A stretch of DNA of 64,000 bases from an uncultured Methanomicrobiaceae archaeon (GTDB lineage: Archaea; Halobacteriota; Methanomicrobia; Methanomicrobiales; Methanoculleaceae), in the NCBI GenBank assembly GCA_963826525.1, contig CAWGXH010000004.1, forward strand, positions 352,001-416,000, written 5' to 3'. The stretch's first letter is position 1; every line of letters starts with the position of its first letter. The notes beneath the pieces are model-generated. The model did no database searches, had not been told where the DNA came from, and saw nothing but the letters and a program-made list of their open reading frames with translations. Made by a program: the position numbers and the translations under genes. This document shows positions 29,571 through 40,597 of the stretch, in pieces.

Positions 29571-30175
29571 ATGGAGGAGAAGAAGATAAGGAGAGAATCA
29601 GAGGAGAGCGTCAGGGAAGCGTACCGCGTTTTTAACGTTCTTTTCATATCCGTCTTCTCGGCCGTGCTGGGCCTCGGGATCATCGTTCCGCTCCTGCCGT
29701 TTTACGCCGAAAGCCTGGGGGCGAGCGGCATCTGGATCGGGATCATCTTCTCCGGTTTGGCCGTATCGAGAGCCGTCTTCATGCCGATCATCGGAAACCT
29801 CTCCGACCGGAGAGGACGACGATCGTTCATTCTCGTCGGCCTGTTCATCTATACTCTTCTCCCCCTGGCCTACATCGCCGCAGACTCGGTCTACCTGCTG
29901 ACGGCCGTCCGGATATTTCACGGGTTCGCCTCGGCGACGGGGTAGCCGTCCCGGCCGCAACGGCGGTCGTCACCATCGCTGGCAGGGAGATAGGCCAGGG
30001 GGCAGCGATGGGAGCCTTCAACACGGCAATGAGCATCGGCATGGTCACCGCCCCGCTCATCTGCGGGGCGGCGATGGATCTTGCCGGAGTGCAGTATGTC
30101 TTTCTCTTCTCGGGGATCGTTTCATTCCTCTCCATCGGAGTCTTCCGGTGGATGGCCGCGGATCAGAGCCTCTGA
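29571..30175 (+). pseudogene. MFS transporter reduced to about half length, with a frameshift near 29940
   Basis: N-terminal helices and motif A (GNLSDRRGRR) up to RIFHGFASA, stop at 29945; the next frame gives VPAATAVV..GAAMGAFNTAMSIGMVTAPLICG..WMAADQSL*. Total about 200 aa versus about 400 for a typical MFS. Confidence 0.7.
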
Positions 30176-30349
30176 GAAGACTACCACCCCTTCATACCAG
30201 GTCTCCGCCACCCGAACCGGGGCGGGAGCGCATGCAGAATCCCGAGCATCCGGTGGCGGAAACTATTATTAGTGGCATCGTTAATGCTCTCGTGGTAGCA
30301 TCGCCGACCATGCGGTGACGCCGCAGAACCATGCCTACGGGGGATATCT

Positions 30350-32467
30350 ATGTCGGAGAGAATGCTGAGTGAAACTGAAGGATACGACCTGCTGAACAAA
30401 CGCGGTATTCCGGTACCGCCGCACCGTCTGGTGACGAGCGCCGAAGATGCTGCAGAGGCCGCAGAGTCCATCGGCCGCCCGGTCGTCATGAAAGTCATCT
30501 CTCCGCAGATCGTTCATAAAAGCGATGTCGGAGGCGTGATCACCGGTATTGAAACAACAGAGAATGCAAAAGCGGCGTTCCGTGACATTATGGAGAAGAG
30601 TACCTCACGGGCACCGGGAGCAGAGATCACCGGCATCGTCGTCGAGAAACAGATGCCTCCGGGCCTGGAGGTGCTGATCGGCGGAAAGACCGACCCCTCA
30701 TTCGGGAAGATCATCACCTTCGGCCTCGGCGGCAAGCTGGTCGAGCTCCTGCACGATGTCTCGATCCGCGTGCTGCCGATCTCCCGCGACGATGCACGGG
30801 ATATGATCAAAGAGATCGACGGCTACCGCCTCATCCAGGGTTACCGAGGTGAAACAGCCAGAGATGAGGATGCGCTCGTCGATATCATCGCCAGCATGTC
30901 GGAGATCTTCACGGATAATCCGGCAATGCACGAGTTTGACTTAAATCCGGTCATCCTCTACGAGAAAGGCGCCCGTGTCGTCGATGCCAGGATCATCATG
31001 AACGAGGCGGTGATGCCCACAAGCACCCGGAAGGTCGCCGAGGTCCCGGAAGAGATCTTCTTTCCCCAGTCCATCGCCGTCATCGGAGCGTCATCGAACC
31101 CGAAAAAGGTTGGGTATGCCGTATTTCGTAATCTCCTCGAATTCCCCGGGCACCTGTACCCTATCAACCCAAACCGGACCGAACTCTTCGGAAGAGACGT
31201 CTATCCCTCGATGGATGCCGTTCCCGGGCCGGTAGACTGCGCCATCATCGCCGTCCCTGCCCGGTACATACCCGGCACCATTGAGGAATGCGGGAAGAAA
31301 GGTGTCAAACTGGCCGTCATCGTCACCGCGGGTTTCCGCGAGGCCAGCGAGGACGGAAAGAAGCTTGAGGAGGAGATAGTGAGAATTGCCGGCACCTACG
31401 GGGTCAGGATAGTCGGCCCGAACTGCCTTGGAATTATGCTCCCCCACCAGGGCATCAACGCGACCTTCGACCCGGTATCTCCAAAACCAGGGCACATCGC
31501 CTTCATATCCCAGAGCGGTGCGATCATCACCACGATCGTCGACTGGAGCCTGACCGAGGAACTCGGGTTTTCAGCCGTTTTCAGCGTCGGCAACCAGGCC
31601 GATCTCGGATTTGAGCAGTATCTGAAGTTCGCGGAGAGTCACCCCGTGACCCACGCGATCACCCTGTATATCGAAGAGATCCGGAACGGGCGATCGTTCA
31701 TGAAGATCATGAAGGAGGTTGCGGAGACGAAACCGGTCATCGTCATCAAATCGGGCTCGTCACAGAAGGGGAAACAGGCGGCCTCGTCGCATACCGGATC
31801 GCTTGCAGGCAGCCACGACGTCTACATGGCGGCGTTCAGACAGGCGGGAGTGATCCCGGCGAGCGATCTCCGCGAGGCGTTCCAGCTCGCAGAGCTCCTC
31901 TCCTCGGAGGGCTACCCGAAGGGGAAACGGGCGATCGCAATCACGAGTGCCGGAGGATTCGGCGTCCTCGCCTCAGACTATGCCGAGAAGTACGGCCTCT
32001 CAATGGTCGATCTGCCGGACGACGTGAAAGAGAAGCTCAACTCGTTTCTCCCCAAGTGCTGGAACCACGCAAACCCCATGGATCTCCTCGGGGATACCGG
32101 TGTCGACCGATTTGCAGCGGTCTTCGATATCATGATCAGGCACCAGGACTTCTGGGATATCGCATTCGTCATCGCCGTTCCGACGATGCTCACGAACCCG
32201 ACGCATCTGGCGAACGAGATGGTCAGGTTTTCACGCCATACCGAGAAGATGGTCGTCGGCTGTGTTCTCGGCGGCGACAGCATGAGGAGCGGCCTTCGGA
32301 TTCTCCGGAGCTGCAATATCCCGAACTTCTCGGAGCTCGAGGACGCATTCAAGGCCGTCGGCAGCATCTTCGAAGCCCGGGGCGAAAGTCCCGACAGCGG
32401 CCGCATGTCCCCGGTTTCCGAGGGGCAGTGCATGTGGAGGGAGGCCGGCAGCCAGCAGGCACGCTGA
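30350..32467 (+). CDS. acd: ADP-forming acetate/acyl-CoA ligase, fused beta-alpha form
   Basis: N-terminal ATP-grasp (HKSDVGGV, FGLGG, DLNP); CoA-binding IAVIGAS, VGPNCLG, SQSGA; phospho-His motif SHTGSLAG. Confidence 0.92.
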   Translation: MSERMLSETEGYDLLNKRGIPVPPHRLVTSAEDAAEAAESIGRPVVMKVISPQIVHKSDVGGVITGIETTENAKAAFRDIMEKSTSRAPGAEITGIVVEKQMPPGLEVLIGGKTDPSFGKIITFGLGGKLVELLHDVSIRVLPISRDDARDMIKEIDGYRLIQGYRGETARDEDALVDIIASMSEIFTDNPAMHEFDLNPVILYEKGARVVDARIIMNEAVMPTSTRKVAEVPEEIFFPQSIAVIGASSNPKKVGYAVFRNLLEFPGHLYPINPNRTELFGRDVYPSMDAVPGPVDCAIIAVPARYIPGTIEECGKKGVKLAVIVTAGFREASEDGKKLEEEIVRIAGTYGVRIVGPNCLGIMLPHQGINATFDPVSPKPGHIAFISQSGAIITTIVDWSLTEELGFSAVFSVGNQADLGFEQYLKFAESHPVTHAITLYIEEIRNGRSFMKIMKEVAETKPVIVIKSGSSQKGKQAASSHTGSLAGSHDVYMAAFRQAGVIPASDLREAFQLAELLSSEGYPKGKRAIAITSAGGFGVLASDYAEKYGLSMVDLPDDVKEKLNSFLPKCWNHANPMDLLGDTGVDRFAAVFDIMIRHQDFWDIAFVIAVPTMLTNPTHLANEMVRFSRHTEKMVVGCVLGGDSMRSGLRILRSCNIPNFSELEDAFKAVGSIFEARGESPDSGRMSPVSEGQCMWREAGSQQAR

Positions 32468-32529
32468 AAGATACGAAGAACTATATCATCTATCGGCACA
32501 CCGGAGCCGTATCTGATGAGGTAGAGTAG

Positions 32530-33900
32530 ATGTTATTTGAAAAGGTGGTATCCGAACTCCTCGCCCACAACTCGTATATGATCGGCTCGGGGGGGGAAGC
32601 TGCGGTCATCGATCCGCGGCGCGACTGCCAGGTGTACACGAATATCGCAGAAAACCGGAATATGAAGATCACCCACATCTTCGAGACGCACAGAAACGAG
32701 GATTATGTCGTTGGGTCACGGGAACTGGCACGCCCGACCGGAGCCGCGATCTACCATAGCAGGAAAGCGGATTTCGGATACGGAAACAGCGTCTCGGAGG
32801 GGGATACCTTCTCCATCGGAACGCTCAGGCTCCGGGTGCTCGAGACGCCGGGACATACGAAGGAAAGCCTCTCATTCGTCCTCTCGGATACCTCCGTCTC
32901 CGACGACCCGCTCATGGTCTTCACCGGGGATGCACTCTTTGCCGGTGACGTGGGGCGAACCGACCTTGCCGGAGACGAGATGCGGGAGAAGATGTCCGGG
33001 ATGCTGTACGACAGCCTCCATGAAAAGATCCTCCCACTCGGAGACGGCGTGATCGTATGCCCCGCTCACGGAGCAGGGTCGGTCTGCGGCGGCGATATCA
33101 GCGACCGGGAGTATACCACCGTCGGGTACGAGAAGAAGCATAACCCGCTCCTGCAAAGGACGAAACCTGAGTTTGTGGAGTACAAAATACATGAACATCT
33201 CTACGTGCCGCCGTATTTTGCGAAGATGGAAGAGGTGAACCTGCACGGTCCGCCGCTCATATACAACATCCCGTACCTCGCGGCGCTCACGCCGCAGGAG
33301 ATCCTCGAGTATCGAAAGCAGGCTGCACAGATTGTCGATATCCGCTCGCCGACGAGCTTCGGCGGCGGCCATATTCCAGGAAGTATCAATATCTGGCGGG
33401 AGGGACTCCCTGCGTTCATGGGGTATGTGGTAAACTATGAAGACCCCATCATCCTCATCGACGACTTCAATCTCGACCTTGACCATGTCATCCGCCACTT
33501 CATCCGCCTCGGGTACGATAACCTGACCGGGTACCTTGCAGACGGGTTTGCCACCTGGTTCCGGCAGGGGAAGCATATCGAGAGAACCGGCATCTGGTCG
33601 CCGTACGATCTCAAAGAACACATGGAAGATCCGTCGATCTACATCCTGGACGTGCGGGATATCGCCCACCGGGAGAGGGATGGCTCTATTCCCGGGTCGC
33701 ACCACATCTACGTCGGTCACCTCGAAGAGAGGCTCGATGAAATCCCGGAGGATACGCAGATCGTCGTGCACTGCGATGTCGGGTTCAAGGGAAGTCTCGG
33801 GGCCAGCATTCTCCAGAAGAACGGGTTTCCAAACGTCACCAACCTGCTCGGCGGAACACGCGGCTGGGAAGGGGCGGGTTTCTCCCTTATCCGGGATTAA
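32530..33900 (+). CDS. MBL-fold metallo-hydrolase with two rhodanese domains (persulfide dioxygenase-like)
   Basis: ETHRNEDY, TPGHT, FTGDALFAGDVGRTD, PAHGAGS; rhodanese GHIPGS and HCDVGFKG. Confidence 0.9.
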   Translation: MLFEKVVSELLAHNSYMIGSGGEAAVIDPRRDCQVYTNIAENRNMKITHIFETHRNEDYVVGSRELARPTGAAIYHSRKADFGYGNSVSEGDTFSIGTLRLRVLETPGHTKESLSFVLSDTSVSDDPLMVFTGDALFAGDVGRTDLAGDEMREKMSGMLYDSLHEKILPLGDGVIVCPAHGAGSVCGGDISDREYTTVGYEKKHNPLLQRTKPEFVEYKIHEHLYVPPYFAKMEEVNLHGPPLIYNIPYLAALTPQEILEYRKQAAQIVDIRSPTSFGGGHIPGSINIWREGLPAFMGYVVNYEDPIILIDDFNLDLDHVIRHFIRLGYDNLTGYLADGFATWFRQGKHIERTGIWSPYDLKEHMEDPSIYILDVRDIAHRERDGSIPGSHHIYVGHLEERLDEIPEDTQIVVHCDVGFKGSLGASILQKNGFPNVTNLLGGTRGWEGAGFSLIRD

Positions 33901-33925
33901 AAGCTCTTCCTCCCTGGAGGACGCC

Positions 33926-34456
33926 TCACCGCTTCGCCGGCATCTCCTGCTCGAGCCGCACCGTGACGGGCACCGGATTTATCAGCGTATCGGTGACCGG
34001 TGATGTGCTCCTGCTCCGCCAAACAATCTCTGCGATCTTCTCAGGCGACGCATCGGCATCCACCCGGACGGTCACGCGGATGCTCTGGAAACCCGGCCGG
34101 ACGTCCGTCGGGAGCTGTCGACTAAAGAATCCCTGCAGATCGATATCCCCCTCAAGGTCGAGTTCGACCGATCGGAGCTCGACCCCGTCTTCGGCAGCGC
34201 TGTAGGCGATCCCGACCGTGATACATGCGCCGAGAGCCGCAAGCACGAGTTCGGGCGGACTTGGCCCCCTATTCGTCCCGCCGACATCTTCGGTTTCGTC
34301 CGCGGCGATGACGAAGTTCCGGAAAAGCCCGGTTGAATGCGCCCCTTCATTCCAGTCCGTGATCCCGGTGAACGTGAGCAGGCCCTCATCCGGGTTCTTC
34401 CGGAGAGCGTTCACCGTAGTCCGGACGCGCTCCATAGCAACCCCGTTATCTATCAC
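33926..34456 (-). CDS. OsmC family protein
   Basis: GTG start after GGAGGT; DE..VGGTNRGPSPPELVLAALGAC, EGDIDL.GF, RPGF, TSPV. Confidence 0.88.
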   Translation of the reverse strand: MIDNGVAMERVRTTVNALRKNPDEGLLTFTGITDWNEGAHSTGLFRNFVIAADETEDVGGTNRGPSPPELVLAALGACITVGIAYSAAEDGVELRSVELDLEGDIDLQGFFSRQLPTDVRPGFQSIRVTVRVDADASPEKIAEIVWRSRSTSPVTDTLINPVPVTVRLEQEMPAKR

Positions 34457-34541
34457 ATTGATACCTCCGCCGAACGGGCATACCCGTGAGAGGTCATAAC
34501 CGTTGCCCTCACGGCGGGATAAGGTGGTGAGGAGGCCGCGC

Positions 34542-36710
34542 TCACCTTCCCGGCAGAGGCGCTTCCCTCTCCACCCGGAGCAGCGAGAGCATCTCGCCGG
34601 CATCGGTCGTCGGGATGTCGCAGGCGTAGTTCGTGCAGACGTACGCGGTCGCCCGGCCGTCGAGCGGAACGATGTCCTGCGTGAAGGGGGCGACCGAGGC
34701 GATAGCAGGCGGCTCCTCGCCGGCAGGCCGGAAGAGAACGACTGCGTTTGGAATGAACTTCGAACGGAGTGTCCGGATCAGTGCATCGGTATCTTCGGCG
34801 CCGGGGTTGCCGGTGATAATCACCTCGTAGTTCGGGCCTATGGCAAAATCAAGTGCGATCAGGAGGAACGTATGGGCTGCCGGCATCGAACGGACGATCT
34901 CGGAGAATGCCCGTCCGGTACTGCGGGCAATCTCCTCAAACTCGAGGTTGACCGTCATCCTCCCGAGGATGAACAGGTCGAGCATGGCGACACTGTTCGC
35001 CGACGGTACCGCCCCGTCGTAGACCTCTTTCTGCCTGACCGGCACATCCTCCGCATCCTCCGGCATCGTATAGAAACCCTCCCGGGCGCTGTCCCGGTAG
35101 TGCGCGATCAGGTCGGCCGCGAGCTCGAGGGCAGCGATGAGATAGTCGACCCGGAACGTCGTCTCGTAGAGCTCCCGAAGCCCCCAGATCAGAAACGCGT
35201 AGTCGGCGGACGTTGCCGTTATACCGGCATCCCCTTCCCGATACCGGTGGAGAAGGCGGCCGTCGGGGCGGCGCAGGTGCGCAAGAACAAACGAAGCGGC
35301 CTTCTCGGCAGCGTCACGGTATTCGGTGGAGGAAAGCACCCTTGCGGCCTTCGCAAGTGCGGCGATCATCAGCCCGTTCCAATCGGTCAGGATCTTGTCG
35401 TCCTTCTGGGGAGGTACGCGCTGCTTCCGGGAATCAAAGAGCCTTCGGCGTGCCGACTCGATGAACCGCGACAGTTCATCCTCCGTCATGCCAAGTTCGG
35501 CGGCCCACGCCCGACGCGATCTCCGCATACGGAGGATGTTGCTCCCTGTCCTCTCCCCGGCCGCCTCTCCGGCGAAGTTGCCGGCCTGCCGCATGTCAAA
35601 TATCCTCGCAAAACGCTCACCGTCTCCTCCCCCGAGAACCTCTCTGATCTCATCCTCTGTCCAGAGGTAAAATTTCCCTTCGATGCCCTCACTGTCCGCA
35701 TCCTCGGCAGCGTAAAACCCACCATTCGGATCGGTCATATCCCGGAGGACGTAGGTGATGGTCTCCTCCGCCGTCCGACGGAACGCTTCGTCGTCGAACG
35801 CCTGGTAGGCCTCGACGTAGGCCATCACGAGCAGTGCCTGATCGTAGAGCATCTTCTCAAAGTGCGGTACGAACCAATCCGCATCGGTCGAGTAGCGGTG
35901 AAAGCCAAACCCGATGTGGTCGTATATGCCGCCCTGCTGCATGGCGCGGAGGGTCTTTTCCACCATGGCAGAAGCAGGCTCCGCCCCGGTTCTATTCCCG
36001 TAGCGCAAGAGAAAGAGAAGGTTTTGCGGCGACGGGAACTTTGGGGCGCTCCCAAAACCTCCGCGGTCTGCATCGAAACTCTGAAGCAGGGTCGTGTAGG
36101 CTTCTTCGAGAACTCCGGCATCGAGGTCTTCCCCGCCCGAGGTGCTCGCCACCTTTTCGATAGCCTCAATAACACTGCTCCCGGCCTCTTCGAGGTCGCT
36201 ACGCTGCGATACCCAGGCGCGGTGAATGCGGGGGATCAGATCGAGCATACCGGTCATGCCATACCGGCTCTCCTTCGGGATGTAGGTCGCGGCAAAGAAC
36301 GGCTTTCTCTCCGGAGTCATCAGGATGGTGAGCGGCCACCCTCCTCTGCCGGTCAGCAGGTGTGCGGCGGTCATATAGATCTGATCGAGGTCGGGGCGCT
36401 CCTCCCGGTCGACCTTGATGCAGACGAAGACATCATTGAGAAGTCTCGCCACCTGGCGGTCTTCAAAGGACTCGTGCGCCATGACGTGGCACCAGTGGCA
36501 CGTCGAGTACCCGATGGAAAGGAAAATCGGTTTATGCTCCTCTCGCGCCTTTAAAAAGGCCTCTTCACCCCACGGATACCAGTCGACGGGATTGTGTGCA
36601 TGCTGCAAAAGATACGGGCTCTTCTCCCGGATGAGCCGGTTTGGCGCTGCTGCCTGCTCATGTACAGCAGTTCCTTCTGGATTTCCACGGCCTCTGTTCA
36701 TACGCTTCAC
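34542..36710 (-). CDS. Thioredoxin-domain protein, YyaL/SSP411 family
   Basis: [62 protein letters not shown]. Confidence 0.95.
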   Translation of the reverse strand: MKRMNRGRGNPEGTAVHEQAAAPNRLIREKSPYLLQHAHNPVDWYPWGEEAFLKAREEHKPIFLSIGYSTCHWCHVMAHESFEDRQVARLLNDVFVCIKVDREERPDLDQIYMTAAHLLTGRGGWPLTILMTPERKPFFAATYIPKESRYGMTGMLDLIPRIHRAWVSQRSDLEEAGSSVIEAIEKVASTSGGEDLDAGVLEEAYTTLLQSFDADRGGFGSAPKFPSPQNLLFLLRYGNRTGAEPASAMVEKTLRAMQQGGIYDHIGFGFHRYSTDADWFVPHFEKMLYDQALLVMAYVEAYQAFDDEAFRRTAEETITYVLRDMTDPNGGFYAAEDADSEGIEGKFYLWTEDEIREVLGGGDGERFARIFDMRQAGNFAGEAAGERTGSNILRMRRSRRAWAAELGMTEDELSRFIESARRRLFDSRKQRVPPQKDDKILTDWNGLMIAALAKAARVLSSTEYRDAAEKAASFVLAHLRRPDGRLLHRYREGDAGITATSADYAFLIWGLRELYETTFRVDYLIAALELAADLIAHYRDSAREGFYTMPEDAEDVPVRQKEVYDGAVPSANSVAMLDLFILGRMTVNLEFEEIARSTGRAFSEIVRSMPAAHTFLLIALDFAIGPNYEVIITGNPGAEDTDALIRTLRSKFIPNAVVLFRPAGEEPPAIASVAPFTQDIVPLDGRATAYVCTNYACDIPTTDAGEMLSLLRVEREAPLPGR

Positions 36711-36804
36711 GCACTGACCTGAAGGTACAGTTTAATAAAGGTACCGGAGAGGCCGGCATCTCCCAAAGAGCGGTTGAAAAGAGGAACGAATTGGTAAGAC
36801 TATC

Positions 36805-37107
36805 TCATTCCGAGATTGGAATCTCCACAACCTCTTCGGGGGGCTGCTGCTTGTAGGGTACGTCCACCGCCAGAAGGCCGTTCCTGAAGGTTGCCTTCGC
36901 GCTGTCCGGATCGATGGGACAGCAGACGGCGTAAGTTCCGACATATCGGATATCCTCCCGCGACGCATCGATCGTGAAGCTGTCCTCCTGCATCTTGAAC
37001 GAGATATTCTCTTTATCCACACCGGGCAATTCAACCTCGATGTGAAGTTGTTCACCGGCCTCATCAGCGTATGCACAGACACTCGGGGCTACTCTCACTG
37101 CTACCAT
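36805..37107 (-). CDS. Small heat-shock protein (Hsp20/alpha-crystallin)
   Basis: IEVELPGVDKENI..AKATFRNGLLAVDVP. Confidence 0.88.
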   Translation of the reverse strand: MVAVRVAPSVCAYADEAGEQLHIEVELPGVDKENISFKMQEDSFTIDASREDIRYVGTYAVCCPIDPDSAKATFRNGLLAVDVPYKQQPPEEVVEIPISE

Positions 37108-37313
37108 AACCACACCTCCGACTCGCACCAGAGATCACTTCCGGATACTTAAACATTCCCGGGCCAGCGGGGAAGACCCCTGGAAGAGTTCAACCCTGCG
37201 AAGAAGAAACCCGGCAGAGTGCCCTTTCTGGCGATCCGGCAGACTTCCGTGCCGGGAGCACCGTGGCACCGGGAGGAGAAAGATATTTTATCACAGAGTC
37301 CAGAACTACCGAT

Positions 37314-37694
37314 ATGAGCGAGCGGTTCATCTTCACGAAGCACCGGACGAAATGCTATGCCTGTGGAGAAGTTGCTGACCAGAAAATCAAGGCGGTCTCG
37401 GCGCAGGCGCAGGTGGTCTGTTCGCACTGCGGCGCCACGCGGATCTTCCTCCCGAGAGTCGAGGATGTCGGGGCGGAGGGGTCATACACCCCTATCGGCT
37501 GCTACGATATCTGGGAGCTGGAGGCGGATGCTCCCTGCAAACGGTGCACCGTGACCGGGCCGCATGATCTCATCATTGGGTGCAACCACTTTACGACACG
37601 GTGCAGGAACTGCGGCTACACGCACTTCTATAAATTCAATCTCGAATACGTCGCCCAGTGTCCGATCGAAGAAGAAGGGGAAGGAGAAGGCTAA
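37314..37694 (+). CDS. Hypothetical double Zn-ribbon protein
   Basis: Four CxxC pairs (CYAC, CSHC, CKRC, CRNC) in 126 aa; TATA-like TTTTA upstream. Confidence 0.7.
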   Translation: MSERFIFTKHRTKCYACGEVADQKIKAVSAQAQVVCSHCGATRIFLPRVEDVGAEGSYTPIGCYDIWELEADAPCKRCTVTGPHDLIIGCNHFTTRCRNCGYTHFYKFNLEYVAQCPIEEEGEGEG

Positions 37695-37936
37695 CGGTCT
37701 TCTCTCACCATTGCAATTGCTTTCTTCGGGCATTCGGCGGCGCAGATACCGCAGCCCTTGCAGAACTCGAGATCGATAACGAGTTCCTGATCGATAACGC
37801 CATCCGGGCAGAACTGGGCGCAGAGCCCGCAGGCGTTGCACCGTTCGCGGTCTACTTCGGGGCGGAACGTCCGCCACGATCCCGTCTTTCCCGACGACGC
37901 TTCGGTCGGTCTGCTGATCGCAAGTCTCTCTCTCAT
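37691..37936 (-). CDS. porD: 2-oxoacid:ferredoxin oxidoreductase delta subunit (2x 4Fe-4S)
   Basis: TGSWRTFRP, CNACGLC..CP, FCKGCGICAAECP. Confidence 0.9.
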   Translation of the reverse strand: MRERLAISRPTEASSGKTGSWRTFRPEVDRERCNACGLCAQFCPDGVIDQELVIDLEFCKGCGICAAECPKKAIAMVREDR

Positions 37937-38460
37937 ATCTTCAACTCCTCGTAGGCCTTCTCAGCGGCCTGCACGTTTCGTTCGTCCGCAAACGTCTCAC
38001 CGATTACCGCCTTCACCGAGGGGAGCGAGACGATCCCCATCCGGGCGAGGGCGCCGAGCACCGGTGTATTGAGGATGGGGCTCCCGGCAATCACCAGGTC
38101 GAGCGAGAGCGCGATCTCCGTCAGATCGACGTGGTGGGTGGTGCGACCGTCCCCGTCCATATCGTGCGAGCTGTTCAGCAGCACCACGCCGCCCTCTTTG
38201 AGTCCCTGCAGCACGTCTACAACGTCCATGATGCTTGTATCGAGGACGATGACGAGATCGGGCTTCTGAATCTGGGAGTAGACGCGGATCGGCTTATCGT
38301 CGATCCTGACGAAGGAGACGACCGGCGCACCCCGGCGCTCCGCACCGTAGAATGGGCAGGCCGTCGCATGTCTGCCGTCGCGGAATGCCGCGAGCGCTAA
38401 AAGCCGTGCGGCCGTTACGCCGCCCTGACCGCCGCGGGAGTGAATCCGGATCTCATACAT
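37933..38460 (-). CDS. porG: 2-oxoacid:ferredoxin oxidoreductase gamma subunit
   Basis: [33 protein letters not shown]. Confidence 0.92.
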   Translation of the reverse strand: MYEIRIHSRGGQGGVTAARLLALAAFRDGRHATACPFYGAERRGAPVVSFVRIDDKPIRVYSQIQKPDLVIVLDTSIMDVVDVLQGLKEGGVVLLNSSHDMDGDGRTTHHVDLTEIALSLDLVIAGSPILNTPVLGALARMGIVSLPSVKAVIGETFADERNVQAAEKAYEELKI

Positions 38461-39566
38461 TGCTGCTCACCCCAAACCAGAACTCCTCTCCGGGCTTTCG
38501 TGTCCTCACGAACCCGGCGATATCGTCGTACGTGACCTCCTGGCCGCCGAGCCCCGCAATCACGCTGTAAGGCTCGGCACCGGTCGTCGAGCGGATGGAA
38601 TGAGCAAGGACACCGCCAAAGCCGAAGGAGTAGTCGCGATCGATGACGACGACATCCCGACCGGCGAGGTCGAGCTTCGGGAACGGGCGGAACCAGCGCA
38701 GGCGCATGGAGCCCGCGGCAATCCCTTCCTCCCTGAGGAGATCCACGGCGACCTCGGCCTCCTTGCCGAGCGTTCCCATCGCAACGATGACGACCTCGGC
38801 GTCCTCGCAGCGGTAGTCTTCGGTCACGCCGTACGTCCGCCCGAACCGCTCCGCAAAATCACGCTCGACCTCGGCGATGACGCCCACGGCGTCACGCATG
38901 GAGCGCTCCATATCCCAGCGGAACTTGTAGTACCTGGTCGGCCCGGTCAGCGGCCCGTAGACACAGGGGTTCTCGACGTCGATCGCATGGGGAACCCGTA
39001 CCGGCGGGACGAAGTCCCCGGGGTCGACCGCTTCGAGCGACTGCGTGATGTGGCTTAAGGTGAACCCGTCGAGGTTGACCATCACCGGCAGGAGGACATC
39101 CTCGTGCTCGGCGATCCGGAAGGCCATCAGGGTTGCATCGTACGCCTCCTGGACGGTGCTCACGAAGACCTGCAGCCAGCCGGTATCCCGCTGGGAGAAC
39201 GCATCCGTAGTGCTCCGCCCAGACGTTCCACCCGGGTCCGAGCGCACGGTTGACGTTCGCCATCACAATCGGAAGGCGGGCGCCTGCCGCCCAGTGGACC
39301 ATCTCGTGCATATAGAGGAGCCCGTGAGAGCTCGTCGCGGTGAACGTCCGCACGCCCGCCGCGCTAGCCCCTATACAGGCGGCCATGGCGGAGTGTTCGC
39401 TCTCCACCGGAATGTACTGGGCCGCAAGGTCTCCGGCCGAGACGTACTCTGCGATCTGCTCGACAATCTCCGTCTGGGGCGTGATCGGGTACGCGGCGAT
39501 GACGCCGGGTTTAACCGCCTTCACCGCTGCGGCCACCGCTTTGTTTCCTGTTGCAATCGTCAGCAT
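38453..39566 (-). CDS. porA: 2-oxoacid:ferredoxin oxidoreductase alpha subunit; apparent +1 frameshift near 39209
   Basis: [28 protein letters not shown]; then DGFTLSH, FRPFP, AGLGGQE in the next frame. Confidence 0.92.
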
Positions 39567-40441
39567 ATGCCTTCCGCCTCCCGGGAGAGCCGCGTGTTCG
39601 TCGCCTGAACCTGCCGGCGCATCTCTTCGAGAATCTCCGGAGTGATACCTTTGAAGCGCCCCTGTCCCTTGATGTAATCCTCAATCGGGAGGGGGTTCTT
39701 CATCGCTGCCTTTGAGGGGCCGTTTATTGTAAGCGCGCCGTTTTCACGCTCATAGAGAACCCACGTGCCGCTCCTGACCGCCAGTTTTCCCATCTCGACG
39801 GTCTTCTCCGAGGAGTACCGCCACCCGGGAGGGCACGGAGCAAGAATATGGATGAACTTCGGCCCCCGGATCGAGAGCGCCTTCTTCACTTTCTTATAAA
39901 GGTCGAGGGGATAGGCACTGCAGGCCGTCGCCATATACGGCGGGTTGTGCGCCTCAACGATCCGGTCGAGGTCTTTCTTCGGCGTCGGTTTGCCGCCGGG
40001 GGTCGTGGTGGTACGGGCACCGAGCGGGGTTGCGCCTGACCGCTGCATCCCGGTGTTGCCGTACGCCTCGTTATCGTAGCAGATATAGAGAAAGTCGGTG
40101 CCACGTTCGAACGCTCCGGAGAGGGACTGGATGCCGATATCAACCGTCCCACCATCACCGGCGTAGACGATAACGTTCGTATCTCGCCCGAGAGCACGGA
40201 ATGCATTGCTCATCCCGGATGCGCAGGCAGCTGCCGCGGCGAAGGCGATATTGTAGACGGGGATGTCCATCGCCGTGTTCGGGTAAATTCCCTGAATGAC
40301 ACTGGTACAACAGGCCGGGACGACCAGAACAGTATCAGGCCCTGCGGCTTTTGTAACGTACCGCAGGCACAGGGAAGAACTGCACCCCGCACAGGCGGAT
40401 GTACATTTCAACAGGTATTCTTCTTTCGGGATTGCGGTCAT
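39560..40441 (-). CDS. porB: 2-oxoacid:ferredoxin oxidoreductase beta subunit (TPP-binding)
   Basis: [35 protein letters not shown]. Confidence 0.93.
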   Translation of the reverse strand: MTAIPKEEYLLKCTSACAGCSSSLCLRYVTKAAGPDTVLVVPACCTSVIQGIYPNTAMDIPVYNIAFAAAAACASGMSNAFRALGRDTNVIVYAGDGGTVDIGIQSLSGAFERGTDFLYICYDNEAYGNTGMQRSGATPLGARTTTTPGGKPTPKKDLDRIVEAHNPPYMATACSAYPLDLYKKVKKALSIRGPKFIHILAPCPPGWRYSSEKTVEMGKLAVRSGTWVLYERENGALTINGPSKAAMKNPLPIEDYIKGQGRFKGITPEILEEMRRQVQATNTRLSREAEGIC

Positions 40442-40597
40442 TCACATCCTCCTTCACTAATCTGTCATCAATTATAATGAGGGTTTTGCAGTTACCCGGG
40501 TTCCGGAACAAAGGTGTCCCCACGGAATACGACGATATATACCTGCACAATACCGTTAAATACTTCAAACGTGCCCTTTTGGTAAGGAGAACTTCTT

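Noticed and set aside
34503-36554. 683-aa plus-strand ORF and similar long antisense ORFs (e.g. 2327-3538, 16216-17466, 22058-23254, 42056-43378)
   Set aside because: Shadow ORFs opposite well-supported genes, expected in GC-rich DNA; no motifs.
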